Positions 26,367 to 39,040 of a DNA stretch of 64,000 nt are shown one piece after another (position 1 is the first letter of the stretch; each line of letters opens with the position of its first letter). The notes below the pieces were generated by a model that made no database searches, was not told the DNA's origin, and worked only from the letters and a program-made list of their open reading frames with translations. The stretch covers positions 438,030,001 through 438,094,000 of the forward strand of contig OZ024740.1 of assembly GCA_964016885.1 (NCBI GenBank), in the 5' to 3' direction. A program made the position numbers and the translations under genes. This DNA comes from Eledone cirrhosa (lineage: Eukaryota).

Positions 26367-27096
26367 CCGGGATACATTTATCAGTACATCACTCAATAAT
26401 GTTAAGGAAGCCGAGATTGTGGTAGCGCAACAGATGAGAAGGGACGGTGTTCATTATCATGATAATTTCCATTGTTCCTGGCAACTGCTCCCTACTCAGG
26501 TTTGCATCATCTGTGAGTTGATCGATGAAGGTTCGAGCACGTTTTCCTATACTGTGTCTCCTGTAAGTTGGTTCCCACAATACTAACGTGTGTATAACTT
26601 CCTGCTTACTTCCCATCAATGTTCTCCAAATTGTAACAGTCTTTCAGTAATTGTAGTTGTTATCTTGGGCAAGTTTCTGTATAAACTTTCATTTGTAATA
26701 CGCTGACACTAGTTTATCTTATGTACAACCCTAAGTATTTGAGTGTATGACACCATCTAGTTTCTTTTCAAGTGCTTGTGTCAGGGTCAATATACCTGAT
26801 CTATACAACACTGGCTCAATTGCTTGTGTCAAGGTCCATGTACCTGATCCATACAACACTTGCTCAAGTGCTTGTGTCAGGGTCAATATGCCTGATCTAT
26901 ACAACACTGACTCAAGTGCTAGTGTCAGGGTCCATTTACCTGATCTATAGAACACTGACTCAAGTGCTTGTGTCAGGGTCCATATATCTGACCCATACAA
27001 CAACACTGACTCAACAGATGTTCTGAAGAGTGATATTTTGATTGTTCTGGGTAGATCGGACTTCCATATCCTTTCCATTTTGTCACTGTAGCTCAA
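26367..27096 (-). mobile_element. RTE-like LINE 3' fragment with internal 48-bp tandem expansion
   Basis: MERIWKSDLPRTIKISLFRTSVESVLLYGSDIWTLT and LVLWEPT...RARTFIDQL motifs. Confidence 0.8.
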
Positions 27097-27399
27097 ATAG
27101 TTCTGATTGTCGGATGTAGTTTCAATAGATATCTCAACTGTTCCAGCGTGGACCTAAGCAAATGGCAGTGGGTAATTCGTGTTATTTTTATATAGGATAT
27201 TTATTAGATTAGTAGATACTGAGAGGGGGGAATGTTGTTCATATCGCTGGATAGTTATAGATACACATCAGATGTTTTTCATGTGTAAGGTCAACGAAGA
27301 CTGGATTTCTAGATTTACACACGGATATTTGAACCTAAATGCCTAGAATCCAGCAAGAAACGTCAAAAGTGAATGGATTAACAAGCTAGTTATGTTGTG

Positions 27400-28500
27400 T
27401 TTGGTGAACACCATGAAACCTAATATATGATGGGTTAGGTTAAAAGGAAAAACTAGATAAGAACAAGAACCGTTCAGTAAAGAACTATCACCAGAAAATA
27501 TCATATTAGAAACAGAACCATTCGTGAAAACATTCTAGTCGGGTACAGGGAAGCCGTCTTGTTTATTTGTTGGGAATGAGGAAAAGTTGAATGTAGAAGT
27601 CCGTGTAAAAATATTTTCAGTGAGATAGATTCTTGGAACAGTCTGATAAATGTCACCCGGATTCTTCGAATAATCCACTTTGAACATATTCAATTATATT
27701 TTTTTTGTTTATCATTTAAGCCTGATAATGAATGTACTATTTTGTCATGGCTGGATTGCTAATTCATCCAGGCAGTATTCTAAAATTGTTTTCTTTAACA
27801 TAACAGATCTTTATAACAACACAAGGATCTTCTGAAGACCCTCTAACTTCTAGAGAGAAGTTTATATAAGTCTAGGTACTGATATATATATTTTACTTAG
27901 TATCAGTGTTAAGATGTTGCAGAGAGGATAGCCAATAATTTATGGAGTTACTAGTTTCTTTTGTTTTTGCATACGTCAGCCATTTTGCTATTTGAAATGG
28001 CAATCTATTATGATATTCAAACGTAAAACATGTAGATGTTGTATCAAGACATTTTCCATTTTATCTATTCCAGGCGATTTCCAGCTGCCTTTTCTTCGTG
28101 GCTTTTTAAACATCTTCTACTTAAATATCTGTTTCTCTGGCAATGCATGGTTCAATTATTGTTCTATGTTTTTCTTCTAAAATTTTCTCCGAAATGTTTC
28201 TGTAACTTTCTTTAGAACCTATAGAATCTTGTCCTTTAATACTGTGTCAGCATTAGTTTATCTTAAAACATTTTATATTCTTACAACTGTTCTCTTTCTT
28301 TCCTTAAATCTACGTATTCTCCAAGACTTATTTTCACTTGTTGAATTAGTCTTTCTTCTCCTTCTTCATAATTCATTTTAACTTTCTAACATTGCATTGT
28401 TTGCTGTTCGCCTCTTTCTATTAAATTTTGTATTTCATATTATTGCTTCGTAAGTTTTTTTATGTTGCTTTCAATATTCGTATCTTCACATACTACACAC
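27400..28500 (-). mobile_element. Highly degraded R4/Dong-like LINE remnant (boundaries approximate)
   Basis: Minus strand near 28050-28090 reads SWKSPGIDKMEN, similar to NWKSPDPDGVQG of the LINE at 33645. Confidence 0.4.
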
Positions 28501-28954
28501 GAAGTAGCGTACATTAGTTGGTGACACCTGTGATATGAAGGTAACTTATCACGTTTTTGTTTGTTTGATTAGGGCGCCACTTTTTATATATCTTATTAAC
28601 TTGACAACTGTCTTCAAATTTTATGAAATTTATCAAATCATTTTATTTTTGTTTACTTTCCTATTTATCACTTTCTCCATGATCGTATCAGTTTGCTTGT
28701 ATACTAGACTTGTTTGTTCATTAGTACCTGGCAATTACAGGTATTCTGCTTTCTATTACCACTGCTATTTCATGTTGGAGAGGAGATTTCATTACGGCTT
28801 TGTTCTATTGAACCCTGCTCCCTCTTTTTTTTCCCGTTCTTTTGTAATGTGGATTTCATTACATCATCATATTCCTGTGTCAGGGCAGCAGATTGGCAGT
28901 CTTACAAAAATACAACAGTACTCTGTCTCTAAACGTTCTCAGTTCAAATATTAC

Positions 28955-29070
28955 TGAGGTGAAATTTACTTTTCAGCCATTTAAGGTCAATGAAATAGAG
29001 AACCACTCAAGTACTGGAGTCGATTTAATCAACTACCCACCCCCCATAAATTTCTGGCTTTGTATTTCTT
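28955..29070 (+). mobile_element. Degenerate SINE core fragment
   Basis: gaggtgaaatttacttttcagcc...gtactggagtcgatttaatc resembles the 24205 SINE core. Confidence 0.55.
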
Positions 29071-29284
29071 TAGTGTCTTCCTATTTCCTATTCAGCTATG
29101 GTTATATAGCATCTTTAACAAACCTTCATTAATTCATGCTCCCCGTTTTTAGATGACTGTTCAAAGACTGTATTTCTTTTATTCTTCCTAGATTTGGTAA
29201 CTAGATTCTATGATATTGCCTGTATTGTTTTAAATGTTTCACTCCAAATTAGTTCTGGTTATAGAGACATATAATAGTTTATGA

Positions 29285-29490
29285 TTTAGGAACAAGGTCA
29301 ACAATTATGGGGGAGAGGGAGTCGATTAAATCAACCCAAGTGAGTTACTGGTACTTTATTTTATCGACGCCATAAGGATGAAAGGCAAAGCTAACCATCG
29401 CAGGATTTGAACTCAGAACGTACAACTAATACCTCTATGCGATAAAAGTTGTTGTCCGACGCTCTACTGACACTGTCAATCTACCATCCT
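29285..29490 (-). mobile_element. tRNA-derived SINE
   Basis: actggtactttattttatcgac...ggatgaaaggcaaag...ggatttgaactcagaacg. Confidence 0.75.
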
Positions 29491-29849
29491 TTTAAAGGCG
29501 TTTACTAAAATGCATTATGACTGTTTCAATGTACAGTGAACCCAGGGTAACATTATACAATGTATAGTCCCGTATAAAGACGTTAGGCTGTCGTTTGAAG
29601 CATCTACGATAGATTTAGGTGGAGCAGAACATTGCAAGGGAAAGTTATTTGTTGAAAAATATGTGGAAGACTGTTGGAAGGATATTCTTGGGCTGTAGAC
29701 TTGATTCGTCGATTGATTTAACTCTGTCATATTTTTTATTGGGTGCATTTAGCGCAGTTCACTTTGTTGAAATTATTTGGTCGAGGTTATCCCCCCCCAC
29801 ACACATACACGTACACGTACACGTACACGCACACACGCATACCCACGAT

Positions 29850-29879
<30 letters not shown>

Positions 29880-29882
<3 letters not shown>

Positions 29883-30075
29883 ACGAAGGAAATGTGGTAA
29901 GGAACCAGATGGACCATAACGTACCAAAGTACTCAATACTTAGGGTAGTAGAGTGGGCAATAGGAACAAGTATGACCCCGACGGCAGAGCTCAAGCCATT
30001 TCGACGGCTAATTCAGTCCAGAATTAGCCGTCGAAACGGCTTGAGCTCTGCCGTCGGGGTCATACTTGTTCCTAT
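29880..30075. mobile_element. Inverted pair of pLTR tips (same family as 19820 and 51760-51890)
   Basis: aggaacaagtatgaccccgacggcagagctcaagcc...ggcttgagctctgccgtcggggtcatacttgttcct. Confidence 0.85.
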
Positions 30076-30118
30076 ATATATAAATAGATAGATAGATAGA
30101 TATGTTTTAATATAGAAG

Positions 30119-30169
30119 AGCTTCTACAGGACTAGAACTGTTTCATTCGTGAGAAATCATCAGGAAGCT
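30119..30169 (-). ncRNA. Type I hammerhead ribozyme (family A)
   Basis: Minus strand: agcttc CTGATGA tttc tcac gaat GAAA cagttctagtcct GTA gaagct. Confidence 0.82.
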
Positions 30170-30649
30170 AACTGTCCAAGTAAAAATGGTGGTATTTATA
30201 TCTTTTTTGGTGGTAGGAGATGAAAGGGAATGGAAGGAAATATAGCTTAAGAGAAACTTGACAATAAGTAGAGGCACCCCAAATTTGAACTTGTTTATAG
30301 AATTCCTTCTGCCTTTGTCACTCTAAGTAGAGTTTAAGGAATTAGCTTTTAAAAAATTTCCCTTTCTTTAAACCCACCAACCATGACTGGCCCCCAACCA
30401 TCTTATAGACACCTGAAATATAGGCATTGTTAGCTTAAGAGAAACTTAAAAATAAGGAGTGGCTCCCCAATTTGAACTTGTTTATAAAATTCTTTCTGCC
30501 TTGGTCATTTAAATATAAATTATAGTTTTAAAGAAATAGCTTTTAATGAATTCCCCTTTCTTTCAACCAATGACCTCCACCCATCCCACTCCCCACCCTC
30601 TCCTACCACCAGAAAAGATATAAACACCACCATTTTTACTTGGACAGTT

Positions 30650-30700
30650 AGCTTCCTGATGATTTCTCAAGAATGAAACAGTTCTAGTCCTGTAGAAGCT
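30650..30700 (+). ncRNA. Type I hammerhead ribozyme (family A)
   Basis: agcttc CTGATGA tttc tcaa gaat GAAA cagttctagtcct GTA gaagct. Confidence 0.82.
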
Positions 30701-30844
30701 CTTCTATATTAAAAAATTTACACTTTGCTATGTATTGAGCATCTTATTTAATGTGGTTACCTCCGACTCAACCCGGAATAACTTATATATATATATTAAA
30801 ATACAAATATTCATAAAATAGATGTTCTTTTGATCAATTACATT

Positions 30845-30895
30845 TTATTATACATATTTCGGATGTACACCTGTACGTCCTCATCAGACAAAATA
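30845..30895 (-). ncRNA. Hammerhead-core candidate with long stem II
   Basis: Minus strand: CTGATGA ggacgtacaggtgtacatcc GAAA tatG TA; stem I pairs poorly. Confidence 0.4.
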
Positions 30896-31845
30896 TAATG
30901 ATACATGACATACCCTAAGATGTTAAATGGTTAAGATTTAATCAAGGTAGTGATTAACCCAAGAAAAATTTAACATTTATACCCTAATAATGAGAAAATG
31001 CGAAAACGTAATAAATTCAACAGAGAAAGTGCGAGTAAGAAAAACGTTGCTTAATGTAACAGTTATAGAGATATTAAGATGTATGATACTATAATTTTTG
31101 AATAAAGGGGGGTAATATGCTGAAGGAGATTTATTTTTGCCGAAAGTTAAACGGTTAATTTTGAAAATATTTAATTTATGGTATTATCGGGTTATTGCTG
31201 GTTATTTATATATTAGTTTTATAAATTCTATAAGTTTGTTAACATTTCAAAGCTTCTGAATTTCATGTGGGTAACATTTATAGGATTTAGCTGGCCAACA
31301 GGAGTGAACATTTATACTGTTGATTATTTTCCTAAATGTAATCTTTAACGGAGATACTGAGCGTATTAGGTATGTAAAGCTTGTGAATTACTTATTGTTA
31401 GAAATATTTAAATAACGATTATGTATATATATATATATTAATGAGCCAGTATATTTGAGATAGATGATAATAAAATAATAGATTGATGCATGTTAAGGTT
31501 AAATATACACCTATATATAACAGGGTGTAAATGCATTAATTATTCTTAGTTCAGAGTAAACGTAATCGAAAAATTTAGAAGTTAAACTAAAAATTTAGAA
31601 GTTAACTAAAAATTATATATAGTAATATATAGGGAGGTATATATAGATATATATTAGGTATTAATGGCACAGTATACTTTAGGTAGATGATAACGGTTAC
31701 AATTTTATATAATAAAGTTCTACGTGTTACAGTTAAATACATATATGTATATAAGAGAAAGAATAATAAATGCATGGATAATTCAGAGTTCAAGATAATG
31801 TCTATAATTTATAGTTTGGATATTTGCTCTATATTTGAATCTTGG

Positions 31846-31898
<53 letters not shown>

Positions 31899-31974
31899 CT
31901 TTTCCTTCTGTTGTTTACTTGTCTCACTCGCTTTACGCGTTTCACTTGTCCCAATAGCTTATTTTAGTTATTGC

Positions 31975-32046
31975 TCGCACCAACCTGAGGTATCTGATTT
32001 TTAATGCGATGAAATACCAATGATGGTTGGCAAATCACAGATGAGG
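31975..32046 (+). ncRNA. Non-circularly permuted hammerhead-like motif, copy D (core CAGAUGA)
   Basis: tcgca ccaacc tga GGTATC tgattt ttaa tgcgat GAAA tacc aatgat ggttgg c aaatca CAGATGA. Confidence 0.65.
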
Positions 32047-32149
32047 GACTAATTTTATAATATGTAATCCATGTGCAACCATGCAGTATTCTTCTCCCCA
32101 TGTTTTTCATATATATACATAAGTAGGATCCCGATCTAAATCGGGAGAC

Positions 32150-32335
32150 GACCACAATCAATGAAGGTACTCAATTAACTAGTATACTATTGGTATATTC
32201 ATATCATTGTAGAAATGACTTATGCAGCACTAGAACTGTTTCGTTTGTAATTCATTACCAAGAAAGACCTTCCTGATGGTTTCTCCCGAATGAAACAGTT
32301 CTAGCCCCATAGAAGACATTTCTATTATAAAATGA
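32150..32335. mobile_element. Degenerate inverted family A pLTR remnants
   Basis: ctagaactgtttc (minus arm) and cttcCTGATGGtttctcccgaatGAAACagttctag (plus arm). Confidence 0.6.
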
Positions 32336-32382
32336 ATATATATATATAGTGAGTGAGTGAGTGAGTGAATGAGTGAATGAGT

Positions 32383-32440
<58 letters not shown>

Positions 32441-32913
32441 TAGATAGAAAGTGAATTCGACTTCGTGTTTTCATAATGGATGATATGGAAGAAAAAGGAA
32501 ATGTTAAAACAAAAAGGCTTGAAGAAATACATAGAAATATGAACAAATAGAAAAAAACTATAGCAAAATGTCTGAAGAGAAACTCACATATTGTTGATAC
32601 TGAATATTTAGCTTAGTACGCATGTCAAGATACACACTGTTCACAGTGGTTGGTCAGCTCCACATTCACAATTTAACTTTTGACTATATAGTAATGATCG
32701 TTTTGAAAGCAGGAAACATTTCCACTTTGTTTAAAAGCCTGGTTTATGTTTAAAAGTTATGTATAACCTTATGTATGTCAATACAGCATCATTAAAAACA
32801 AAAAGTAGAAGTACATGTCAACAACAGGGATTTCATGTGAAATAGGAACTTATCAATATTTCTTCTGTTCTATCAATTACGTTGAATGAAAATTAAGCAT
32901 TATATATACTATA

Positions 32914-32995
<82 letters not shown>

Positions 32996-32996
32996 G

Positions 32997-33027
<31 letters not shown>

Positions 33028-33049
33028 GTATATATATAATAATAATAAT

Positions 33050-33225
33050 TGTTTCTACTTTCGGCACAAGGCCAGCAATTACTCAGTGCATTACTGGTAC
33101 TTTATTTTATCGACCCCGTAAGGATGAAAGGCAAAGTTAACCTTGGCGGGATTTGAACTCAGAATGGAAAGGGCCGTAACTCCATGCGTCAAAGTATGGC
33201 GTCCGGCGCTCTACTGATACTGCCA
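33050..33225 (-). mobile_element. tRNA-derived SINE; second partial copy at 33503-33611
   Basis: Same core as 29285; ends in (AAT)n tracts. Confidence 0.75.
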
Positions 33226-33228
33226 ATA

Positions 33229-33263
<35 letters not shown>

Positions 33264-33269
33264 AATAAT

Positions 33270-33465
33270 GCTTTCTTTATTAACCACAAGGGTTTGCACA
33301 AAGTAGACATTAAGGACAGTACAGGACGGTACAAATGGGCATTTCTGCGTATAAACAAAAACAGAGGATGTAACAAAAAAAGAACAATGAAAAATTCCCC
33401 AATAGGGGGGAGACTTCCGAGGGCCATCGTGGAGAAAGCCCATTAAAAAAGCCACGGTGACCCTA
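33270..33465 (-). mobile_element. 3' UTR fragment of a sister Tx1-like LINE ending in (ATT)n
   Basis: Minus-strand terminus cccttgtggttaataaagaaagc(att)n parallels ccctggtggcaaataaaagaaac(atct)n of the Tx1 copies. Confidence 0.55.
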
Positions 33466-33611
33466 ATAATATTAATACTACTACTACTACTAATAATAAT
33501 AATTGTTTCTACTTTTGGCACACGGCCAGCAATAATCAGTGGATTACTGGTACTTTATTTTATCGACACCGTAAGGATGAAAGGTAAAGTTAACCTCGGC
33601 GGGATTTGAAC

Positions 33612-33644
<33 letters not shown>

Positions 33645-33646
<2 letters not shown>

Positions 33647-35592
33647 CAACTGGAAATCACCAGACCCAGATGGTGTGCAGGGGTATTGGATTAAAAATAT
33701 AACATCCCTCCACCCGAAACTGACAACCATGTTCAATGACTGCTTGATGTCAGGTGAGGTACCAGAGTGGTTGACAAAAGGTACCACAGTTCTGGTAATG
33801 AAGGACCAAATCAAGGGTAATGATGTTACCAACTATAGACCTATCACATGTCTGTCCGTAATGTGGAAACTGTTGACAAGCATTATGTCTGAGGAAATTT
33901 ACCATCACCTCCACACAAACAACTTGTTACCGGACGAACAGAAAGGATGCCGAAAGAAGTCCCGTGGTACAAAGGACCAGTTACTTATTGATAAGATGGT
34001 AATGAGGAATTGCAAGAGGAGACACACTGGTCTTGCCATGGGATGGATAGACTACAAAAAGGCATTTGACATGGTGCCTCATTCATGGATCACCAAAAGC
34101 CTAGAGATCTTCAAGGTGGCAGATAACATCAGACAGTTGTTGGGCAAAAGTATGAAGTCCTGGAAAACAGAGTTAACATCAGCTGGAGAATCCTTGGGAG
34201 GCGTGAAGATCAAGAGAGGTATCTTCCAGGGAGAAGCAACGGAATCCAGGTACCAACAGGTGAGATGATAAAGGAAATTGACACTGAAGAAGGATACAAG
34301 TATTTGGGTGTTCTGGAGGCTGATGACATCAAGAATAAAAAAATGAAGGAATTGATAAGAACTGAATACATCCGGAGAGTAAGGAGCGTATTAAAGTCGC
34401 ATCTGAACAGTAGGAATGCCATAAGTGCAGTAAATTCCCGAGCTGTGTCTATTATTAGGTACAGTGCTGGAATTCTGAGATGGAATGTTGCTGAACAAAA
34501 AAAAATGGATAGGAAGACTAGGAAGCTATTGACTATCTACAACATGTTCCACAAGAGGAGTGATGTCGATAGACTCTACTTAAGGAGATCTGAAGGTGGA
34601 AGAGGTCTTATCAGCATAGAGGAGTGTGTTCAGATGGAGAAAAACAACCTACACAAATACGTGACTGATAGTAAGGAGCCAATGCTCAGAACTGTACTGA
34701 AGGAGAGGACAATAGACCAGGGGATATCCAACAACAAGGAGAAAGAGCAGCCTTCAGGAAAAATCCCTTCATAGTACCTTCTTTGAGAAAACTGAATTCA
34801 GACATCCACAGACATTGAACTGGTTGAAAAGAGGAGACCTTAAAAAGGCTACAGAAGGAATGTTAATGACTGCGCAAGAGCAGGCCCTAAAAACGAAGTG
34901 GTTGAAACACCATATTTACAAGGAGGAGGCTAGCCCACTGTGCAGGATCTGTGGAGAGAGAGAGGAGACTGTGGCTCACATTGTATCCGAGTGTAAACAC
35001 CTAACCCAGACTCACTATAAGGGCTGGAGACATGATGTGATGGGCAGGGTGATCCACTGGCACCCATGCAAAGTAAACAATTTACCAAATTCTGAGAAGT
35101 GGTATGAGCATAAGCCAGAGTCGGTGATAGAAAACGATCAGGTGAAGGTGCTGTGGGATTTTAGGATACAGACGGACAAGAAACTGGAACACAATAGACC
35201 TGACCTGGTGGTTTTGGACAAAGAAAAAAGGTCGTGCCTGATTGTGGATGTGGCCTGCCCTTTCGACACGAGAGTGCAAGAGAAGGAGAGGGAGAAAATT
35301 AACCGACACCAGGACTTAAAGTGGGAGGTAAAAAGGATTTGGAACTGCCATGAAGTCAAAGTGGTCCCGATTGTCATAGTGGCATTAGGTAATATCTCAA
35401 AAAGTTTCCAGGGATGGTTAAAGAAAATTGGCCCCTTCACGCTTTTTGGTACGCTTCAAAAGGCATGCTTGCTGGGAACAGCAAGAACCCTCCGATATGT
35501 CCTGAATATCTGAGGCTGCAAGTAGTGGCTTGATATTCATTTCAACAAACTTTCCAGTTAACTAACATCAATGAATGAGACTCAAAGAACAA
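33645..35592 (+). mobile_element. R4/Dong-clade non-LTR retrotransposon, 5'-truncated, internally deleted; RT + CCHC + restriction-like endonuclease
   Basis: YRPITCL, QKGCRK..RGTKDQLLID, IDYKKAFD, RGIFQG (YxDD region deleted), CRICGEREETVAHIVSEC, RHD, RPDLVV..IVDVACP; flanked by (AAT)n. Confidence 0.92.
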
Positions 35593-36089
35593 TAATAGTG
35601 AGTAATATCGAAGTTGCAGCTGCAATTAGCACTTTTGGAAATCAATCTTCTGAAGCTTGCCAAAGCACTCAATGAGGTGATATCGATAAATCAATGTTAT
35701 ATCTCAGAGTAATAACAATATGTTAAGGGTGTGACACAGTAAAAATTGCGACCGGAGAGATGATGCCACAAAAGCCACTACAACGACGAAAGTACAAACA
35801 GGTTAAAGAAGAACCTGGACCAGATCGATAGATATTATATAAATATCTTCGTTTGGTTTCTGGGAACCCGAAAGCTACACTCGAGTTGCGTAACATGCAA
35901 GCCAGTAATGTATCCTAAAATGGAACTGGGATATCCCTTTCCCAACAGGTGTTTCGTTCCGTTTTCCATGAGCACTGCTTAATAACTCCACTGCCAAGGA
36001 CTGTAGAGTAACTTTGGCAGCTTGGTCATGTGTTCTTTCTCAAGAAAAGAGGAAGATTCCCATCCGGGTATATATATATATATATATAT

Positions 36090-36235
<146 letters not shown>

Positions 36236-37902
36236 GTTTCTTTTATTTGCCACTAGGGCATCAAAAGTGGGACAAGTACAAAGGGGGGAGTTTACACAAA
36301 AAGGCGTCCTCAATAAGGAGGAGGCAATAACAAAATATAAAAATAAAATAAGATATAACAAAAAGTAAAATTTTTAACAAAATCCTCAATAGAGAGGAGG
36401 CGCCTTGGGGGGTCGCACACACCCCCGAAAAAAGTGTGCAACCCTTTTCCTCAGGAGCACAGAGAGGGGGTGCTCCCTCGTTCCTTCCTCTTTTCCACCT
36501 ACAGGCTTATGTAAAGAGAAGGCCCATTCACACGGGCCATTCTCGCCACTTTCACCCACCTTTCATAAAAACGACTGGGGTGCAGCACCTCTCTCTCCAT
36601 CCTGATCCTTCTTCCGAAATGATATCGGAAGAAGCGGACCAGTTGTTGGCCAGAGAGAAAGGTGCCTGACCTCAGTCCTTTCAGACGCGTCCACCATACA
36701 ACCTCTTTCGCCATGGCTATTACGCACAGAAACACCGCCTCTGCTTCATTTTTGAAGGGGGGAGGCGGCTTGATCATTACAATAGACTCGGTGGTCAACC
36801 GGATCGGTCCCACCCTTGACAGCAGTTGTTCGACATAGCCCCACAGATCGGCTACGCCCGAGCAGTGTACCAATGCGTGTGCAACGGTTTCCTCGTCGCA
36901 CACGCATCTGGGACAGATCTTTTTGGCGGGGTCCCTACCCGGGCGCCCGTGTCTGTAGAGCCTTTCTCGAACGGGTAAAGCCCCTCGGTAGCACTGCCAG
37001 GCCAGGGACTTCTGGAAGTTGTCCATAGGTCCCGGGCTGAATGTCCTACCGAACAGGCTGGCCAGTTCGTCCTCCTCCATGTCTAGGGCTTCTCCGAGGG
37101 CGTCGTCGCACCTGCTGCGTACCAGCCCTCTATAGAATGTTGCGGTGGAGTCTCCACTGATAACCGGATCCGCCTGCCAGAGGGCGGTGAGCGCCTGGGC
37201 ACACTCAGTGTGCCAGGCGCCCAGTTTTCTCGGTCTTTGCTTGACCCAGGATTGCAGCTCGGTGAGTGAGACGAGTCTGGGAAAGGTTCGTCTCACAAAC
37301 GAGGCCCACACCGGTTGTCCGGTGAGGAATACGTAGAGGTGCCGTAGCCTTAATGCGTGTTTACGCATCATTAGCCACGGCATCCCCAGCCCTCCTTTCG
37401 AAGGGTGTTGACAGCAGATGGATCTCCTCACCATAGGAGCCCGCCTCTTCCAAAGGAATTGGAAGAGCGCGCGCTCCATCTTGGTGAGGGTTTCCCTTGG
37501 GCAGGGCACTACGGTCAGGCGGTAGTAGATGACGGACGCTATATAAGTGTTCGCCACCTCCGCCCGACCTTTCAGGGATAGTTTGCAACTGGCCCACTTC
37601 TGGGTCAGTGCAAACACCCTGTTCGTAACCTCCGCCCAGTTTTTCTCCACCTGGAGGTCCGGTCCGAACCAGACCCCGAGCAACTTCACCGGGCCCTCCG
37701 TCCAGCGTCCGACGACGCCATCGGAGGGCATCGGTCTGCCCCTCCACGTGCCGAGTTGCAAACCGATCGACTTGTCCCGGTTCAGCTTAGCCCCTGTGAA
37801 CTTTTCGTACTCCTCCAGTAATGTGCCGACCGCCTCGATTTCGGAGGCCGTCGACACCATTACTGTCACATCATCGGCGTAGGCTGACACCGCTTTCCGC
37901 AA
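36236..37902 (-). mobile_element. 5'-truncated Tx1/L1-like LINE in (GATA)n
   Basis: Open frame from RKAVSAYADDV to ...GPSLYISL*; near-identical to 56987-58653. Confidence 0.95.
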
Positions 37903-37927
37903 GATAGATAGATAGATAGATAGATAG

Positions 37928-38137
37928 ATGTGAGAAAAACCACAGACCCTCCATCTCAACTCTACTTTTGAAAAGCAGAAGAATTGCGAAACCGGTAAAG
38001 GAACCAAATAAATATATATATTTTAAAAAAAATAAGACTCCAGTTGCATTTTCGATTTCATCTTTTTTTCTTTATACTTTCACTCGTGTAGGACACCTCG
38101 GTTATTTTTCATTTTGTAAAAAAACCTCACTCTCTAA
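37928..38137 (+). mobile_element. ~210-bp short element with minimal hammerhead; inverted copy at 42698-42912
   Basis: Two closely similar dispersed copies, each ending in (TA)n. Confidence 0.8.
37965..38001 (+). ncRNA. Minimal type I hammerhead, U3-A8 core variant, palindromic stem III
   Basis: ctt TTGAAAA gcag aagaa ttgc GAAA ccgg TA aag. Confidence 0.65.
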
Positions 38138-38254
38138 TATATATATATATATATATATATATGGAGAATAGCATGGCTGTGTAATTGTTAGTTAAGTTAG
38201 GCTTAAAAATGGAATGAAAATAGGAAGAAAGCAAGAACGGGGGGGGGGGGGGGG

Positions 38255-38330
38255 GTCGTCATCAGTTGTCTACTGGGGGTCTCGTATATTTCAACGCTTT
38301 AAAGACAAGATATCTACCCTCAGAGCGTTC
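38255..38330 (-). ncRNA. Non-circularly permuted hammerhead-like motif, copy C (intact core)
   Basis: Minus strand: aacgct ctgagggt ag ATATC ttgtct ttaa agcgtt GAAA tata cgag acccccag t agacaa CTGATGA. Lies in a ~560-bp unit bounded by atatatggagaatag repeats (~38158, ~38716). Confidence 0.68.
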
Positions 38331-38744
38331 AATAACTGGATAAGTTATTGGGAAAACGGAGGATGGAGGGAGAGAAGCAAAATAGAAGGGAAAAGGGAAG
38401 AACGGACAAAACAGAGAAAAAACAAACAAACCGAGGAATGTGCGAGCAACTTAAGGTAAGAAAATCCAAGACCACAGGGAGAAGGGGAGAGGAAGAAAGA
38501 GGGGGAAGGGGAGAGGAAGAAAGAGAGGGAAGGGGAGAGGAAGAAAGAGGGGGAAGTGTAGATAGTAACGAGGGAGAAGGGGAGAGGAAGAAAGAGGGGG
38601 AAGTGTAGATAGTAACGAGGGAGAAGGGGAGAGGAAGAAAGAGGGGAAGTGTAGATAGTAACGAAATAGGTAGGTAGAGGTAGAGAGAAGACTAGTCACA
38701 GCGAAACATGATAAAATATATGGAGAATAGGATTATCGTATCAG

Positions 38745-39040
38745 TGTTTATATGTTGTATATCATGAATTACAGATGATGTCATATCAGAGTATATCATG
38801 TATTACAGTTCATACCATATCAGTGAATATCATGTATTACAGTTGATATCATATCAGTGTATATCATGTATTACAGTTGATATCATATCAGTGTATATCA
38901 TGTATTACAGATGATATCATATCAGTGTATATATTGTATATCATATATTACAGTTAATATCATATCAGTGTATATGTTGTATATCATGTATTACAGTTGA
39001 TATCATATCATTGTATATGCTGTATATCATGTATTACAGT
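38745..39040. repeat. ~34-bp AT-rich minisatellite
   Basis: Unit atatcatgtattacagttgatatcatatcagtgt. Confidence 0.85.

Larger units (their letters stand above)
30105..30785. mobile_element. Family A short PLE-derived element with inverted 5' copy; hammerhead on each arm
   Basis: 30105-30220 is an inverted copy of 30600-30714; internal duplication at 30243 and 30430; (TA)n flanks. Confidence 0.82.
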
